The position numbers were made by a program, and so were the translations under genes. From assembly GCA_017451265.1 (NCBI GenBank), contig JAFSPU010000010.1, positions 6,818 to 70,817 on the forward strand: DNA of 64,000 nucleotides. The letters are read 5' to 3'. Below, piece by piece: positions 47,120 to 57,452 of this stretch; the first letter of the stretch is position 1, and each line of letters starts with the position of its first letter. The stretch is from Clostridiales bacterium. GTDB lineage: Bacteria; Bacillota; Clostridia; Saccharofermentanales; Saccharofermentanaceae. The notes under the pieces were generated by a model that was not told the DNA's origin, ran no database searches, and saw only the letters and a program-made list of their open reading frames with translations.

Positions 47120-47989
47120 TTAGAGTGTTCCTGCGGACTTAAGCTTGCCCGCGATCCTATCGTCAGAATCAGCTACCAGCACCTCAAGGGGCGATGCGGA
47201 AACGATGACCGTGGCGCGGTCTGCCGCAAGCCTTGCCTCAAGCAGGGTGTGGAGCGTGTTTGCAATCCTGTTGTTACGGGTAACCTCTGCAGAGTAGTCG
47301 TCGATTACGATGAGGTCGTAAGACTTAAGCTCCTGAAGCTCCTCGCGGCTTAAGTACATGAGAGTTTCGGCCTTGACGTAGTAGCTTGAAAGTCCCTGCA
47401 AAGCCGCATATTTACACGTTATCACGGCAAGGTAAGTCTTGCCCGTCTGGATGCCGCCGTTAAGCAGCATGAGCTTCTTGTCGGTCTTGCCCTCCAGGAG
47501 CTTGCGCAGGCCCTCGAACTGCCTTTTGCGCTCGCTGTTCTTGTAGTAGTTTAAGTCGAAAGACTTGATGGTGAACGAGCTGAAGTCCCTCATGCCGGAC
47601 TCGTTATAAGTCTCGATGACAGCGTCCTTCATGCAGGCTGTGCACACCACTCTTCTGCCGTCAGAAGCCTCAGTAAAGCCCGTGTCACCGCACTTGGGGC
47701 AGCGGATCTGCTCGCGGTCGAAGTCCTCAGGGATGTTGTTTTCCAGAAGGAACTTCTTTCTTTGGGCGAGAAGCTCCTCTTCCCTCTTCTTCAGAGCCGG
47801 TACCGGGGCGTCATCCTGCTCGATGGAGCAGATCAGGCGCGAAGCTCTGACATCCACCAGGTCGCCGTCGATCTTCTTAAGCTCAGGGAACTTTCTGTAG
47901 ACACGCTCGATCATGTCGTTCATGTCCATCTGCTTCTCAAGTTTAATGCGGGAAAGCCTCTCGCCGATTGCTTCGTTAATCGTCTTCAT
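47120..47989 (-). CDS. DnaC/DnaI-like helicase loader ATPase
   Basis: CPKCGDTG..CTAC zinc site, GGIQTGKT, LIVIDD; follows dnaD. Confidence 0.75.
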   Translation of the reverse strand: MKTINEAIGERLSRIKLEKQMDMNDMIERVYRKFPELKKIDGDLVDVRASRLICSIEQDDAPVPALKKREEELLAQRKKFLLENNIPEDFDREQIRCPKCGDTGFTEASDGRRVVCTACMKDAVIETYNESGMRDFSSFTIKSFDLNYYKNSERKRQFEGLRKLLEGKTDKKLMLLNGGIQTGKTYLAVITCKYAALQGLSSYYVKAETLMYLSREELQELKSYDLIVIDDYSAEVTRNNRIANTLHTLLEARLAADRATVIVSASPLEVLVADSDDRIAGKLKSAGTL

Positions 47990-49044
47990 TAATTGCCTCC
48001 CGAGAACAAATCAAGTATGGAGTCGTGGATCTGGTTGTCATCCGACTCCTGCGCGGACTCTTCCTGCTCCTTTGAAGCCTCCGAAGAGTCCTCAGCCTTG
48101 GGAGCATCAAGCGTGATGCCCGCTTCCTTACCGCTCTTTCTTACATTCGTACGACCTCTGCTCCTTGAAGCCTTGGTCTTGTTCTCCTTGTGGCGCTCAT
48201 TCTCGTAGACCATCGCCTTGTCGACACTTCTGACGTCTGCGTCGAACCACTCTTTGATCTTGTTATAGATATCGAGCGTGCGCAGGTTAGTCTTGTACTC
48301 GAGGCAGTCGATAGCATACTCGACGAGAGCCTCGTCAGCACCGAAGTTGGTGATCATGCTGTTAATGTAGTCGTAATCCTTATCCCTCAGGTGGATTCTC
48401 AGTCTCTTACCAACAAGAGCCTTCACACCTTCTCTTCTCTGCCTTAACTCGTAATAATCCGTCAGCGCGGCCTTAGTTGTGTAACCCTTCTCGTACCAAT
48501 TCTTCGCGAGGTCAAACATCTTCGCGGCAATATAGTGAATACGAAGCTCTCTTCCCTCCTCGAAAAGCGCATACACCACGTTATCCTCATAGTGATACTC
48601 ATACAGGCAGGTGTCGATGAGCCTGTAGAAGATATTGCCCATGCAGCCGGCATAATATGTCTTCTGGATAGAAGTCGCGAGAAGATTACGGCTCTTCTCT
48701 TCGCTTCTCATGATCGGCAGACCTTCGCTGTCTACATTACGGTTAACGAATTCGTTTACCTCAATCCTCTTAAGATCAACAGACTCAAACTTCTCGTCAC
48801 TCTTACGGACGAGAACACCTGCTGTGACGAGCTCGGCAAGAGCAGTCTTAACATCTTCTTCGGGGATGACGCCATAGGATATAACGTCCTTTAAAGTAAA
48901 CACACCATCCTTATAAACCATCTGTGTCCACAGATAGATGGTGATCGCGTCCTTGCCCAGCATCGGCATATACCGCGCGATAAAGATATCCGGGATCAAA
49001 GTCTCGGATATCAGTAATTCAGAATATTTATCTTGGGATGCCAT
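47989..49044 (-). CDS. DnaD/DnaB-domain replication protein
   Basis: IPDIFIARYMP N-terminus, two DnaD-like W-containing repeats; start moved to 49044. Confidence 0.75.
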   Translation of the reverse strand: MASQDKYSELLISETLIPDIFIARYMPMLGKDAITIYLWTQMVYKDGVFTLKDVISYGVIPEEDVKTALAELVTAGVLVRKSDEKFESVDLKRIEVNEFVNRNVDSEGLPIMRSEEKSRNLLATSIQKTYYAGCMGNIFYRLIDTCLYEYHYEDNVVYALFEEGRELRIHYIAAKMFDLAKNWYEKGYTTKAALTDYYELRQRREGVKALVGKRLRIHLRDKDYDYINSMITNFGADEALVEYAIDCLEYKTNLRTLDIYNKIKEWFDADVRSVDKAMVYENERHKENKTKASRSRGRTNVRKSGKEAGITLDAPKAEDSSEASKEQEESAQESDDNQIHDSILDLFSGGN

Positions 49045-49048
49045 CGGA

Positions 49049-50770
49049 TCAGGCCGGAGGAGGCAGCTCGTATGCCTCACCGTCCGGATTCTCGGTAGGT
49101 ACAGGCTCCGGGTTAGCCGTCTCTGTCGGGGCAGTCTCAACTACACCTGTGAGAGCACCTGTAGCGGGATCGAGTGTGGCCTGTGTGCCGTCGGGATTAA
49201 GAGTTCCGACCTCGATCTGAGCCGTAATAGTGGAATATACGGAATTCGGAAGCTGTACACGATTGATCTCGTTACCTGCGGCATCGTACCAGATCTGGTA
49301 GGAAGTTGCGGTAACACCGTCATGAGCGGGTCTCAAGCTGTTTGTCTCACCTACAGGAAGCTCGCCGTTGGCGATGTACTGAACACCTGCAGGGTTAGTA
49401 GAGATCGTTTCACCCTCGAAAAGGATGTACTCGCCGTCAGGGAACTGGTGTCCGTAGATGGAAACCGTAATCTTGGATGTATCGGGATCCCAGTAAGCTG
49501 AGATAGCAATAGGATACTCGGAAGAATTTCTGAATGAGAAGTCCTGATTACCCCAGTCAACTGCAGCATCCGTGCCTGCTACGGCATATGTGGAAGGCCA
49601 CATGTGGGGATGACGCTCGATAACCTCGAGGTCGGACTTGATAACAGACTGGTAGATCATGGAGCTTACCTGGCAGATACCGCCGCCGTATGCCTGAGCA
49701 GACTGTCCGTTCTCGATAACACCTGCAACCTCATATCCTGTAGACTCGTTTCTGGGGCCTACGAACTCATTAAAGGAGAAGGTCTCGCCGGGCTGAAGGA
49801 TCAGGCCGTTGATCTTCTCGCATGTGATGCGGATATTGTGGTTTCTGCTGTTGTTTGATGTTGTCTGTGATGTGGATGAAGCGATGAGGCCGAACTCATT
49901 CTGGATCATCTCTGTAGTAAGAGAAGGCTCTGTAACCTGGGCAACAACAGGGACGATACCGGAGTAAACGCCGCTCTCCAGCAAGGAAGTAACGTCAGTA
50001 ACGGCTGTATCGAGGTTGATCTCGTAGCCTCTCTGGGAATTCGTATACTGGAATGTGCCTGTCTCAGGTGAGAAGCCTGTAATTACTGCATCTACAGCTG
50101 CGCTTGTAGCACCGGACAGAGTAGTTGTAACGATCTGTCCTACAGCGTCTGTAGCGAGTGTATAAGCTGAGTTAAACTCCAGCGGATTAGCTCTTAAAGC
50201 CATGCGCTGGTTATAAAGGTCAACCAGAGCCTGGTCATCCTCATTACCTGTAAGTCTTAAGTAGTTGTAAGCCTGATCTACTACTGAATCGAGGGTGGAT
50301 GTCAGCGGGAGCGGGCTTAAATCGAGCGGGTAAACAACGCCGTCGAGGTCCAGGCTGATATCGAGCGTGGGCTCTGCGGGCTGATTGGGACGGAGTGCAG
50401 TAAGAGCCTGATCCTTTGTCATGCCTGCCACGGAAACGCCGTTAATGACGATGCCTTCGAGGAATGTGTCACCCTCAAGCATGGAGCGCAGCTGCTTGGC
50501 GGAAACCTTCTCCACAGTGCCGTCAGCCAGTGTGATCTCATACTTGGGATCGAAGAAGCCTGTCTTGTACATATAGAATCCTGCGCCGCCTAAAACCAAC
50601 AGCGCGAGTACGACTGCGATAGCCTTGGTGCCTGCCGAGCTCTTTTTCTTAGAGCGTGCTGCGGGCTTGCGTGAACGGCTGGGGGCTGATTTGCCCTTGG
50701 CATTGACCCTGACGGGCGCATTGCCGCCGTTAATATGTGATGGCCTTACTCCTCCTGCATTATTCTTCAT
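49049..50770 (-). CDS. VanW family protein (PG-binding and G5-like domains)
   Basis: RNHNI, PGETFSFN, GGGICQVSS, ERHPH. Confidence 0.9.
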   Translation of the reverse strand: MKNNAGGVRPSHINGGNAPVRVNAKGKSAPSRSRKPAARSKKKSSAGTKAIAVVLALLVLGGAGFYMYKTGFFDPKYEITLADGTVEKVSAKQLRSMLEGDTFLEGIVINGVSVAGMTKDQALTALRPNQPAEPTLDISLDLDGVVYPLDLSPLPLTSTLDSVVDQAYNYLRLTGNEDDQALVDLYNQRMALRANPLEFNSAYTLATDAVGQIVTTTLSGATSAAVDAVITGFSPETGTFQYTNSQRGYEINLDTAVTDVTSLLESGVYSGIVPVVAQVTEPSLTTEMIQNEFGLIASSTSQTTSNNSRNHNIRITCEKINGLILQPGETFSFNEFVGPRNESTGYEVAGVIENGQSAQAYGGGICQVSSMIYQSVIKSDLEVIERHPHMWPSTYAVAGTDAAVDWGNQDFSFRNSSEYPIAISAYWDPDTSKITVSIYGHQFPDGEYILFEGETISTNPAGVQYIANGELPVGETNSLRPAHDGVTATSYQIWYDAAGNEINRVQLPNSVYSTITAQIEVGTLNPDGTQATLDPATGALTGVVETAPTETANPEPVPTENPDGEAYELPPPA

Positions 50771-50808
50771 TCTAAACCCTCTTCAATTCAAATAAAGCAT
50801 TACAACTT

Positions 50809-50837
50809 AATATACTTAACCGCCACTCAAGTTTCAA
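50809..50837 (-). promoter_or_regulatory. sigmaA promoter of the vanW-dnaD-dnaC operon
   Basis: TTGAAA-17nt-TATATT. Confidence 0.6.
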
Positions 50838-50959
50838 GGAGCTATTTATAAATAAATACTGATTTTCATTCCTTAATTTTGTAACCTTCGACAATATGTT
50901 ACAATGATGGAGTATAAGGGCGAATTTTGCTGTCGCCCGGATGCCAGTATGAGGAGATT

Positions 50960-52378
50960 ATGAGCCGTAACAAAGTAACGTTTACCCATATCCTGAAGAT
51001 CATTTTCCTTTGCGGACTCGTGGTAATGGTTAATTTCGGTTACATCACGAGCTTCTTCGTGATCTTCGGCCGACAGATGGAGAACGTAGAGTCGGGTGTT
51101 AACAACTACGACGCTTACGTTTACCTCATGCCTATCATCTCCCTTTCGAGCTTTGTGCTCGCTGACTTCCTGCAGATGGCCCGTTTCTTCCGTAAAAAGA
51201 ACGTGGATGTCGTCGCAGATTCCATCAAATTCAGCTTTATCCAGACGCTCATAACGCTTTCCGCGAAGGACTTAACTGAGATGAGAGCCTTCCCCCGAAG
51301 CGTTATCCTCCTAAGCTTTATCATCTTAATGATCTACATCTTCATGTGGCAGATGATCTGTATGGCTATCAGCCGCCGCGTCTTCGAGACCGGATCCCTC
51401 GTAATCATCGGCTCCAACGTGGCCACCATGAACGAGGTCAAGGCCAAGATCACCCCTTCCCTTAACAGCGTGGACCTCGACTTCTCCCGCCTTGTCCGCT
51501 ACTCCGACAAGCGTGCGGTGCGTGCGGTTATCAGAAGTAACGTGGAGATCTTCCTGTGCCCTGACGTCCCCGAGGATGTTAAATCCGACATCATCCTGGC
51601 CTGCGCCAAGTACGACACGGTAGTTTACGTCGTACCGCAGTTCTACGAGATCTCGCTTTACAAGTCCAGGATCATCTACTTGAATGACCTCATGGTAATG
51701 CTCATGGACAGAATGGGTCTCACCTTCGAGCAGAGACTGTTCAAGAGGATCCTCGACCTGTTCATCTCCATCCTTGCACTCGTGCTCGCGTCTCCTATCC
51801 TCCTCATCAGCGCCATCCTCATCAAGGCCGAGGACGGAGGCCCCGTATTCTTCAAGCAGACGAGACTTACCATCAACAACAAGCCTTATGAGATCTACAA
51901 GCTGCGCACCATGAGAGTAGACGCCGAGCGCATCACAGGCGCCGTCATCTCCGGCAAGAACGACCCCCGTGTCACCAAGATCGGAAGGTTTCTGCGCCGC
52001 TCCAAGATCGACGAGCTGCCTCAGTTCATGAACGTTCTCATGGGCGAGATGAGCGTAGTCGGCCCGAGATCCGAGCGTCCCGAGTTCGTCGCCACCTTCG
52101 AAAAGAAGATCCCGGGCTACTCCCAGAGATTTGCGGTTAAGGCCGGTATCACGGGCCTTGCGCAGGTTGCAGGCAACTACGACACCACCGCTCAGGACAA
52201 GCTGCGTTATGACCTGCTTTACATCAAGAATTATTCCATCCTTCAGGATATTAAGATCATTTTCCTGACGGTGCGTGCCATCTTCACGCCCCACCTTTAT
52301 AACCAGAGCTTCGAGGAGAACCGCGAGACCGTTATTTCCACGGATTCCACGGTTATCCGCCATGAGGATGCGTCGTGA
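50960..52378 (+). CDS. WcaJ/WbaP-like large priming phosphoglycosyltransferase
   Basis: N-terminal TMs, KRILD, KLRTM, DPRVT, IDELPQ, VGPRSER; SD GAGGAG. Confidence 0.92.
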   Translation: MSRNKVTFTHILKIIFLCGLVVMVNFGYITSFFVIFGRQMENVESGVNNYDAYVYLMPIISLSSFVLADFLQMARFFRKKNVDVVADSIKFSFIQTLITLSAKDLTEMRAFPRSVILLSFIILMIYIFMWQMICMAISRRVFETGSLVIIGSNVATMNEVKAKITPSLNSVDLDFSRLVRYSDKRAVRAVIRSNVEIFLCPDVPEDVKSDIILACAKYDTVVYVVPQFYEISLYKSRIIYLNDLMVMLMDRMGLTFEQRLFKRILDLFISILALVLASPILLISAILIKAEDGGPVFFKQTRLTINNKPYEIYKLRTMRVDAERITGAVISGKNDPRVTKIGRFLRRSKIDELPQFMNVLMGEMSVVGPRSERPEFVATFEKKIPGYSQRFAVKAGITGLAQVAGNYDTTAQDKLRYDLLYIKNYSILQDIKIIFLTVRAIFTPHLYNQSFEENRETVISTDSTVIRHEDAS

Positions 52379-53181
52379 CCTATCCCTATTCCGTTCTGAT
52401 GTCCGTGTACGCGGGCGAGAATGCAGTTAACCTACGCGCCAGCATTAACAGTGTGCTCACATCGGAGTTCCCGCCGGCCGAGTTTATTTTGGTGATAGAC
52501 GGTCCCGTGGGCGATGACCTCATGGAGGTTATCCACTCTTTCCCTGCAGTTAAACCCGTGCCGCTGCCTTCAAACGTTGGGCTCGGTGCCGCTCTTAGCG
52601 AGGGTCTTAAGCACGTAAGCTACGACATCGTGGCGCGCATGGATTCCGACGACATCTGCATGCCCTCGCGCCTGGGCAAGGAATACGCACGCATGAGCGA
52701 GGGGCTCGACATCGTAAGCTCCGCCATCCTTGAGTTTGAGGGCGATGTGGGCAATGTCACGGGGCGCCGTGACCTCCCGCTTACTCAGGAGCAGATCGAG
52801 GAGTTTTCCAGGAAACGCAACCCTTTTAACCACCCGTCAGTCATGTTCCGCAAGTCCGCTGTAATCGCAGCAGGCGGCTACACTTCAGACTTCCCGCTGT
52901 TCGAGGACTACGACCTGTGGATACGAATGCTGAAAAACGGCGCACGCGCGGCAAACATAGAAGAGCCGCTTCTGTATATGCGCACTGACGAGGGTATGTT
53001 CCTGCGCCGCGGCGGACGCGAATACGGCAGGGTCATGCTAAGCTTTCACAAGCACCTGCTTGAGACAGGCTGGACCACACGCCGGATCTATCTTACCTGC
53101 GCCGTTCCGCACTATCTTGTCTGCATTATGCCTGAATTTATAAGGAAGCTCGTCTACCGCAGGCTTCACCGAAAGAACTGA
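52375..53181 (+). CDS. GT2 glycosyltransferase (AmsE-like)
   Basis: YSVLMSVY, ARMDSDD, NPFNHP, EDYDLW. Confidence 0.9.
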   Translation: MTYPYSVLMSVYAGENAVNLRASINSVLTSEFPPAEFILVIDGPVGDDLMEVIHSFPAVKPVPLPSNVGLGAALSEGLKHVSYDIVARMDSDDICMPSRLGKEYARMSEGLDIVSSAILEFEGDVGNVTGRRDLPLTQEQIEEFSRKRNPFNHPSVMFRKSAVIAAGGYTSDFPLFEDYDLWIRMLKNGARAANIEEPLLYMRTDEGMFLRRGGREYGRVMLSFHKHLLETGWTTRRIYLTCAVPHYLVCIMPEFIRKLVYRRLHRKN

Positions 53182-54292
53182 CAGTCCCTTCGGCACACGC
53201 TTTCCAAGTAAACATGCGCGCATGCTCCTGCGCAGCCTTTATCTTGCTGCTGTCCTTGCCTTCTGCGAGCGCTTCGGCAAGCTTATCTCTTATGCTCTCG
53301 GGGCTCTCGGGATCTGCAAGGAAACCAAAGCCCTCAGCGATTTCTTTCATGGAAGACCTATTTGAAGTAACGCAGGGCACGCCGGCAGCCATGGCCTCCG
53401 CCGCGGGGATACCAAAGCCTTCATAAAGCGAAACGTACGCAAAGGCACTCGCCCTCTTAAGCAGCGGGATCATGTCCTCATCGTCAACAAAGCCCGTGAA
53501 GATCACATTATTCGTAAGCTCAGGGTCTGCGTTTACAGTGCTGAAGAGCTCATCGTAAAACCACCCCTTCTTGCCCGTGATGACGAGCTTGTACTGATCT
53601 CGCGTCTCCTTTGGCAGCAGCCTGTAGCCGTCGATCAGGCCCTTCACGTTTTTCCTGGGCTCGAGTGTGCCGACATAGTAAATGTACTCGCCCGTGACGC
53701 GGTACTTCTTAAGCGTGTCATCACTTGCAGGGGTGCCTTCGAAGAAGTCCTCCTTGACACCCATGTAGGTTACGGTGATGTTGGTGTTCTTAGGCCTGCA
53801 AAACTTCGGGATGTCTTCCCTGGAGTTCTCGGAGATGGTGATGATCTTGTCAGTGGAGCGTGCCGAGCGCTTTATGTACCACTTGAAGATCTCGCGCTTC
53901 CAGCCGATATAAAGCTCCGGGAACATGAAGTAAGCCATGTCATGGAAAGCATTTACCACGGCCATCTTGCGGTGCACGAGCCTTACCGGGTACGGCATGG
54001 AATAGTTCGGGCACAAAAGCACGTCAGCCTTATTTTTACGCAGGCGCCAGGGGAACACCACCTGCTCCCAGATGATGCGCACCCACTGCTTTCTTAAGAC
54101 CTTGGAGTTACACGGGATGAACTTGAAGTTGTCCTTGTACACGCCGAAGCCGTCAAGGTCATCGTCCTGCGCAAAAAGCAGGTACTCGTTCCCGTCGTCT
54201 ACTTCCTGCAGGCCTTTAAGGAGGCCGAGCATGTAACGCCCGATGCCGGTCTTGCTCTTGGGTGTGGATGTCAGATCAAGAGCGATCCTCAA
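53138..54292 (-). CDS. GT4 glycosyltransferase (mannosyl/rhamnosyltransferase-like)
   Basis: GTLEPRKN, SLYEGFGIP..EAM. Confidence 0.92.
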   Translation of the reverse strand: MRIALDLTSTPKSKTGIGRYMLGLLKGLQEVDDGNEYLLFAQDDDLDGFGVYKDNFKFIPCNSKVLRKQWVRIIWEQVVFPWRLRKNKADVLLCPNYSMPYPVRLVHRKMAVVNAFHDMAYFMFPELYIGWKREIFKWYIKRSARSTDKIITISENSREDIPKFCRPKNTNITVTYMGVKEDFFEGTPASDDTLKKYRVTGEYIYYVGTLEPRKNVKGLIDGYRLLPKETRDQYKLVITGKKGWFYDELFSTVNADPELTNNVIFTGFVDDEDMIPLLKRASAFAYVSLYEGFGIPAAEAMAAGVPCVTSNRSSMKEIAEGFGFLADPESPESIRDKLAEALAEGKDSSKIKAAQEHARMFTWKACAEGTVSSFGEACGRRASL

Positions 54293-55386
54293 AGAAGGTC
54301 CTCTCTTCCCTGTTCCTTAAGAGCATCTACGATCTTCTTAACGTCCTGTGCCTTGTCCTTGTTCAGAACGAGCACGGCGTCCTTGGTATTTACGATAACG
54401 ATATTGTCGAGTCCGACTGCAGCCACGAACTTGTCACCGGCAGCGTCGAAAACGACAGTGTCCTTGCAGCCTTCGAGGATGAAGTTCTTCTTCTCTTCCG
54501 CCTCACCTGCAGTGATATTTCCGGACTCGTCTCCCGTAAAGACATTATCCAGGGAATCCCAGGAACCGACGTCATTCCAGCCGAAGTCAGCGGGGATGCA
54601 GAAAACGCCCTCAGCGTGCTCCATGATGCCGTAGTCGACGGAGATCTTCTGAAGGTTCGGGTATGTGGCTGCAATGGCGGCCGCCTCCCTGTCTGTTCTT
54701 AAGTCATCGAAGATCTTCTCCATGTCTGCGTACATGTCAGGCAGAAGCTTGTTAAAGTAATCGAGGATTACGGAAACCTTCCAGATGAACATGCCGGAGT
54801 TCCAAAGGTATCTTCCGGAGTTAACGTACTCAGTTGCAGTGGCAAGGTCAGGCTTCTCTACGAATCTTAAAAGGTCATAGACCTCTATGCCCTCTGAAGC
54901 TTCTTCTGAGTAGTTGATGTAGCCGTAGCCTGTGGAAGGGAAAGTCGGCTTAAGTCCGACAGTTACGATGCGGTCTGTCTTCTCGGCTGTGTCCATGGCG
55001 AGGTTAAGCACGCGCTCGTACTCCTTGATGTTGCCGATGTGGTGGTCAGCCGGAAGCACTGCCATGATGGCATCGCCGTAAAGTTTCTTCAAAGTCATGG
55101 CCGCATATATGATGCAGGGTGCCGTGTTTCTCTGAACGGGCTCGATCAGGATGTGTGATCTGTCCACCTCATCGAAGAGGACCTTATCCATGAGCTCGGC
55201 CTGCTTCTCGTTAGTAACGATGAAGGTATTCTGTCTGCCGATCACGCTGTCATAATGCTTGATGGTCTCATTGATCATGACGTCATCGCCTGTAAGTCTT
55301 ACCAACTGCTTAGGTGTCGCCATCCTTGATACCGGCCAGAATCTTGTTCCGCCGCCGCCTGCCATTATGACTGCCGCTCTCTGCAT
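54289..55386 (-). CDS. manC: Mannose-1-phosphate guanylyltransferase
   Basis: MAGGGGTRFWPVSR..PKQ, RNTAP, FVEKP, WNSG, GWNDVGSW. Confidence 0.95.
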   Translation of the reverse strand: MQRAAVIMAGGGGTRFWPVSRMATPKQLVRLTGDDVMINETIKHYDSVIGRQNTFIVTNEKQAELMDKVLFDEVDRSHILIEPVQRNTAPCIIYAAMTLKKLYGDAIMAVLPADHHIGNIKEYERVLNLAMDTAEKTDRIVTVGLKPTFPSTGYGYINYSEEASEGIEVYDLLRFVEKPDLATATEYVNSGRYLWNSGMFIWKVSVILDYFNKLLPDMYADMEKIFDDLRTDREAAAIAATYPNLQKISVDYGIMEHAEGVFCIPADFGWNDVGSWDSLDNVFTGDESGNITAGEAEEKKNFILEGCKDTVVFDAAGDKFVAAVGLDNIVIVNTKDAVLVLNKDKAQDVKKIVDALKEQGREDLL

Positions 55387-55437
55387 AAAATGCCTCCGAA
55401 TTGTTTGTTTTGATTATGAATAATATAATATCACAAC

Positions 55438-56232
55438 ATGAGTGATTATAAGTTTCTCGTAGCGACCGATATGGACTATACATTACTGCTTCCGGGACAG
55501 CCTGTCTCGCAGGCAAATAAGCGCGCAGTCGAAGCCGTTTATAAAGCCGGCGGATGCGTGACTCTGGCCACCGGAAGGACCTTCTATCTCACAGGCTCCT
55601 ATGCGCGTGATCTGGGGATAAAGATCCCTCTTATCACTTCAAACGGCGCGGCCATCTCAGATCCTGTACTGTTTAAAGACGTTAAGTCTGTGGATTTCCC
55701 TGCAGATGTCCTGAAGGCGCTGATCACACTGTTTATAAACGAGAACGTGGACGCCACCGGTTATTCGTCAGACGGACTGTACTTCTTCGAAAACTCCTCC
55801 CGCCGCGGTTTCATCGCTGACTATAACGCTTCGGTTCCTGATGAGATTAAGGTGCCGGAGCTTAACGATCTTGATCATTCGTTTAATAAGTTCCTGCTTA
55901 TAAGGCCGTCTTCTGATCTTATATCCAGGCTTAGAAGCTTCCCTGAACTTGAGATTGTCTCATCGGCCAAGGATTTCTACGACGTCATGATGAAAGGCAC
56001 TTCTAAAGGCCTCGCATTAAAGGAGATCGCGAAGTCACTCGGAGTCGGCATGACCTTTGCTCTGGGTGATTCCGAGAACGATCTGTCCCTGCTTCAGGCT
56101 GCCGACTATGCCATCGCCATGAAGGACTCATCGATCGTAAAGCACGCCGATTACATCGCCCCGAGCTGCGAGTCCGACGGCTTTGCCAAGGCGGTCTTCG
56201 ACTTCATCCTTCCTAAAGCGCAGAGTGTATAA
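55438..56232 (+). CDS. Cof-type HAD phosphatase
   Basis: DMDYTLL, LATGR, SKG, GDSENDL. Confidence 0.92.
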   Translation: MSDYKFLVATDMDYTLLLPGQPVSQANKRAVEAVYKAGGCVTLATGRTFYLTGSYARDLGIKIPLITSNGAAISDPVLFKDVKSVDFPADVLKALITLFINENVDATGYSSDGLYFFENSSRRGFIADYNASVPDEIKVPELNDLDHSFNKFLLIRPSSDLISRLRSFPELEIVSSAKDFYDVMMKGTSKGLALKEIAKSLGVGMTFALGDSENDLSLLQAADYAIAMKDSSIVKHADYIAPSCESDGFAKAVFDFILPKAQSV

Positions 56233-56264
56233 TATTCATATCCATTAAAAGGAAGGCCGGACTG

Positions 56265-57452
56265 ATGACTTCAGCTAAAACCACAAGCAAGTTAGGCGAG
56301 AAACTGTACTTCGTTTTCTTTATCTGTATAGTTACGATTTCCATCCTTGAGACTACGACCTTCAAGTTCGTCGATCTTCAGGCTTACCGCCTGATCTCAT
56401 ACATACTGCTTATGCTTTCCTGCTTAGGTCTTCTTTTTAAGGCAGTCCTGTTAGACACCGACAGAGACGTTAAGGCCAAGGCATTGAAAGCCTGCGGATG
56501 CATCCTGCTCGCCGCTCAGGCCACACTGCTCACCGGCAACATGGATCTGTTCCTGATGTATATGGTCTGCGTGGGAGCACACGGCATAGATGCAAAGAAG
56601 ATCTTAAAAGTTTACCTTGCCGAGTCACTGTCGTTCGTCATCATGACGACTATCCTCGCGCTTACGGGCATCATCCCTAACCTTAAGTACTTCGAGCACG
56701 GCGTATACAGAAGCTCGCTCGGCAACACATACTGCACCGACTACGCGGCAAGGATCTTCTTCCTGGTACTGATCTTCCTGTGCATCTACAATAACTGCTT
56801 AAAGATCAGGCACATAATCGGGCTGCTTATCGTCTCCGTCGCAGTCTTCATTAAGACCTTCGCAAGACTCGATTTCATCTGCATCCTGCTCGCGCTGATA
56901 CTATTCAGCTTTGATATTATTCTCGAGAAGAAAGGCAGCGATAAATTCAAGAAAAAATGGGATTCATTCTGCAGCAAGATCGGTTTGATCTCGATGCCTG
57001 TGGCCGCTACCGTCATGTTCTTTTTCTCATGGCTGTATTCCGAAGATAACCGCTTCTTGTCATTCGTCAACACAGTTCTTAACAACAGACTTAAAAACGG
57101 CCATAACGGCTTCTCCGAATTCGGCGTAACCTTCTTCGGTCAGGCAGTCAGATACATCGGTCTCGGCGGCTCCAACGGCCACGTCGACGGCTATAACTTC
57201 GTAGACTGCTCTTACCTTCACATGCTCTTCAGAGAAGGCATCCTGGCCACAGTGATACTCATCATCGCTTATGTATTCTTAGCAAGAAAATTCCGCATTA
57301 ACCGCAGGATCATGTACATCGTCGCACTCGTGGCACTTAACTGCATGATCGCTCATCACATCATTGAGATCGGAAACAACCCTCTGCTGATACTTCTGTT
57401 CGCAGAAGGCGCACGCCTTATGCGTCCTGAGACTTCGAAGCAACCTTCCTGA
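56265..57452 (+). CDS. Wzy-like polymerase or O-antigen ligase/oligosaccharyltransferase-type membrane protein
   Basis: About 10-11 TMs, R.SLG, LNNRL, YNFVDCSY. Confidence 0.6.
   Translation: MTSAKTTSKLGEKLYFVFFICIVTISILETTTFKFVDLQAYRLISYILLMLSCLGLLFKAVLLDTDRDVKAKALKACGCILLAAQATLLTGNMDLFLMYMVCVGAHGIDAKKILKVYLAESLSFVIMTTILALTGIIPNLKYFEHGVYRSSLGNTYCTDYAARIFFLVLIFLCIYNNCLKIRHIIGLLIVSVAVFIKTFARLDFICILLALILFSFDIILEKKGSDKFKKKWDSFCSKIGLISMPVAATVMFFFSWLYSEDNRFLSFVNTVLNNRLKNGHNGFSEFGVTFFGQAVRYIGLGGSNGHVDGYNFVDCSYLHMLFREGILATVILIIAYVFLARKFRINRRIMYIVALVALNCMIAHHIIEIGNNPLLILLFAEGARLMRPETSKQPS

Noticed and set aside
49049-50770. Vancomycin resistance locus
   Set aside because: VanW domains are widespread in Clostridia; no vanHAX or vanRS present
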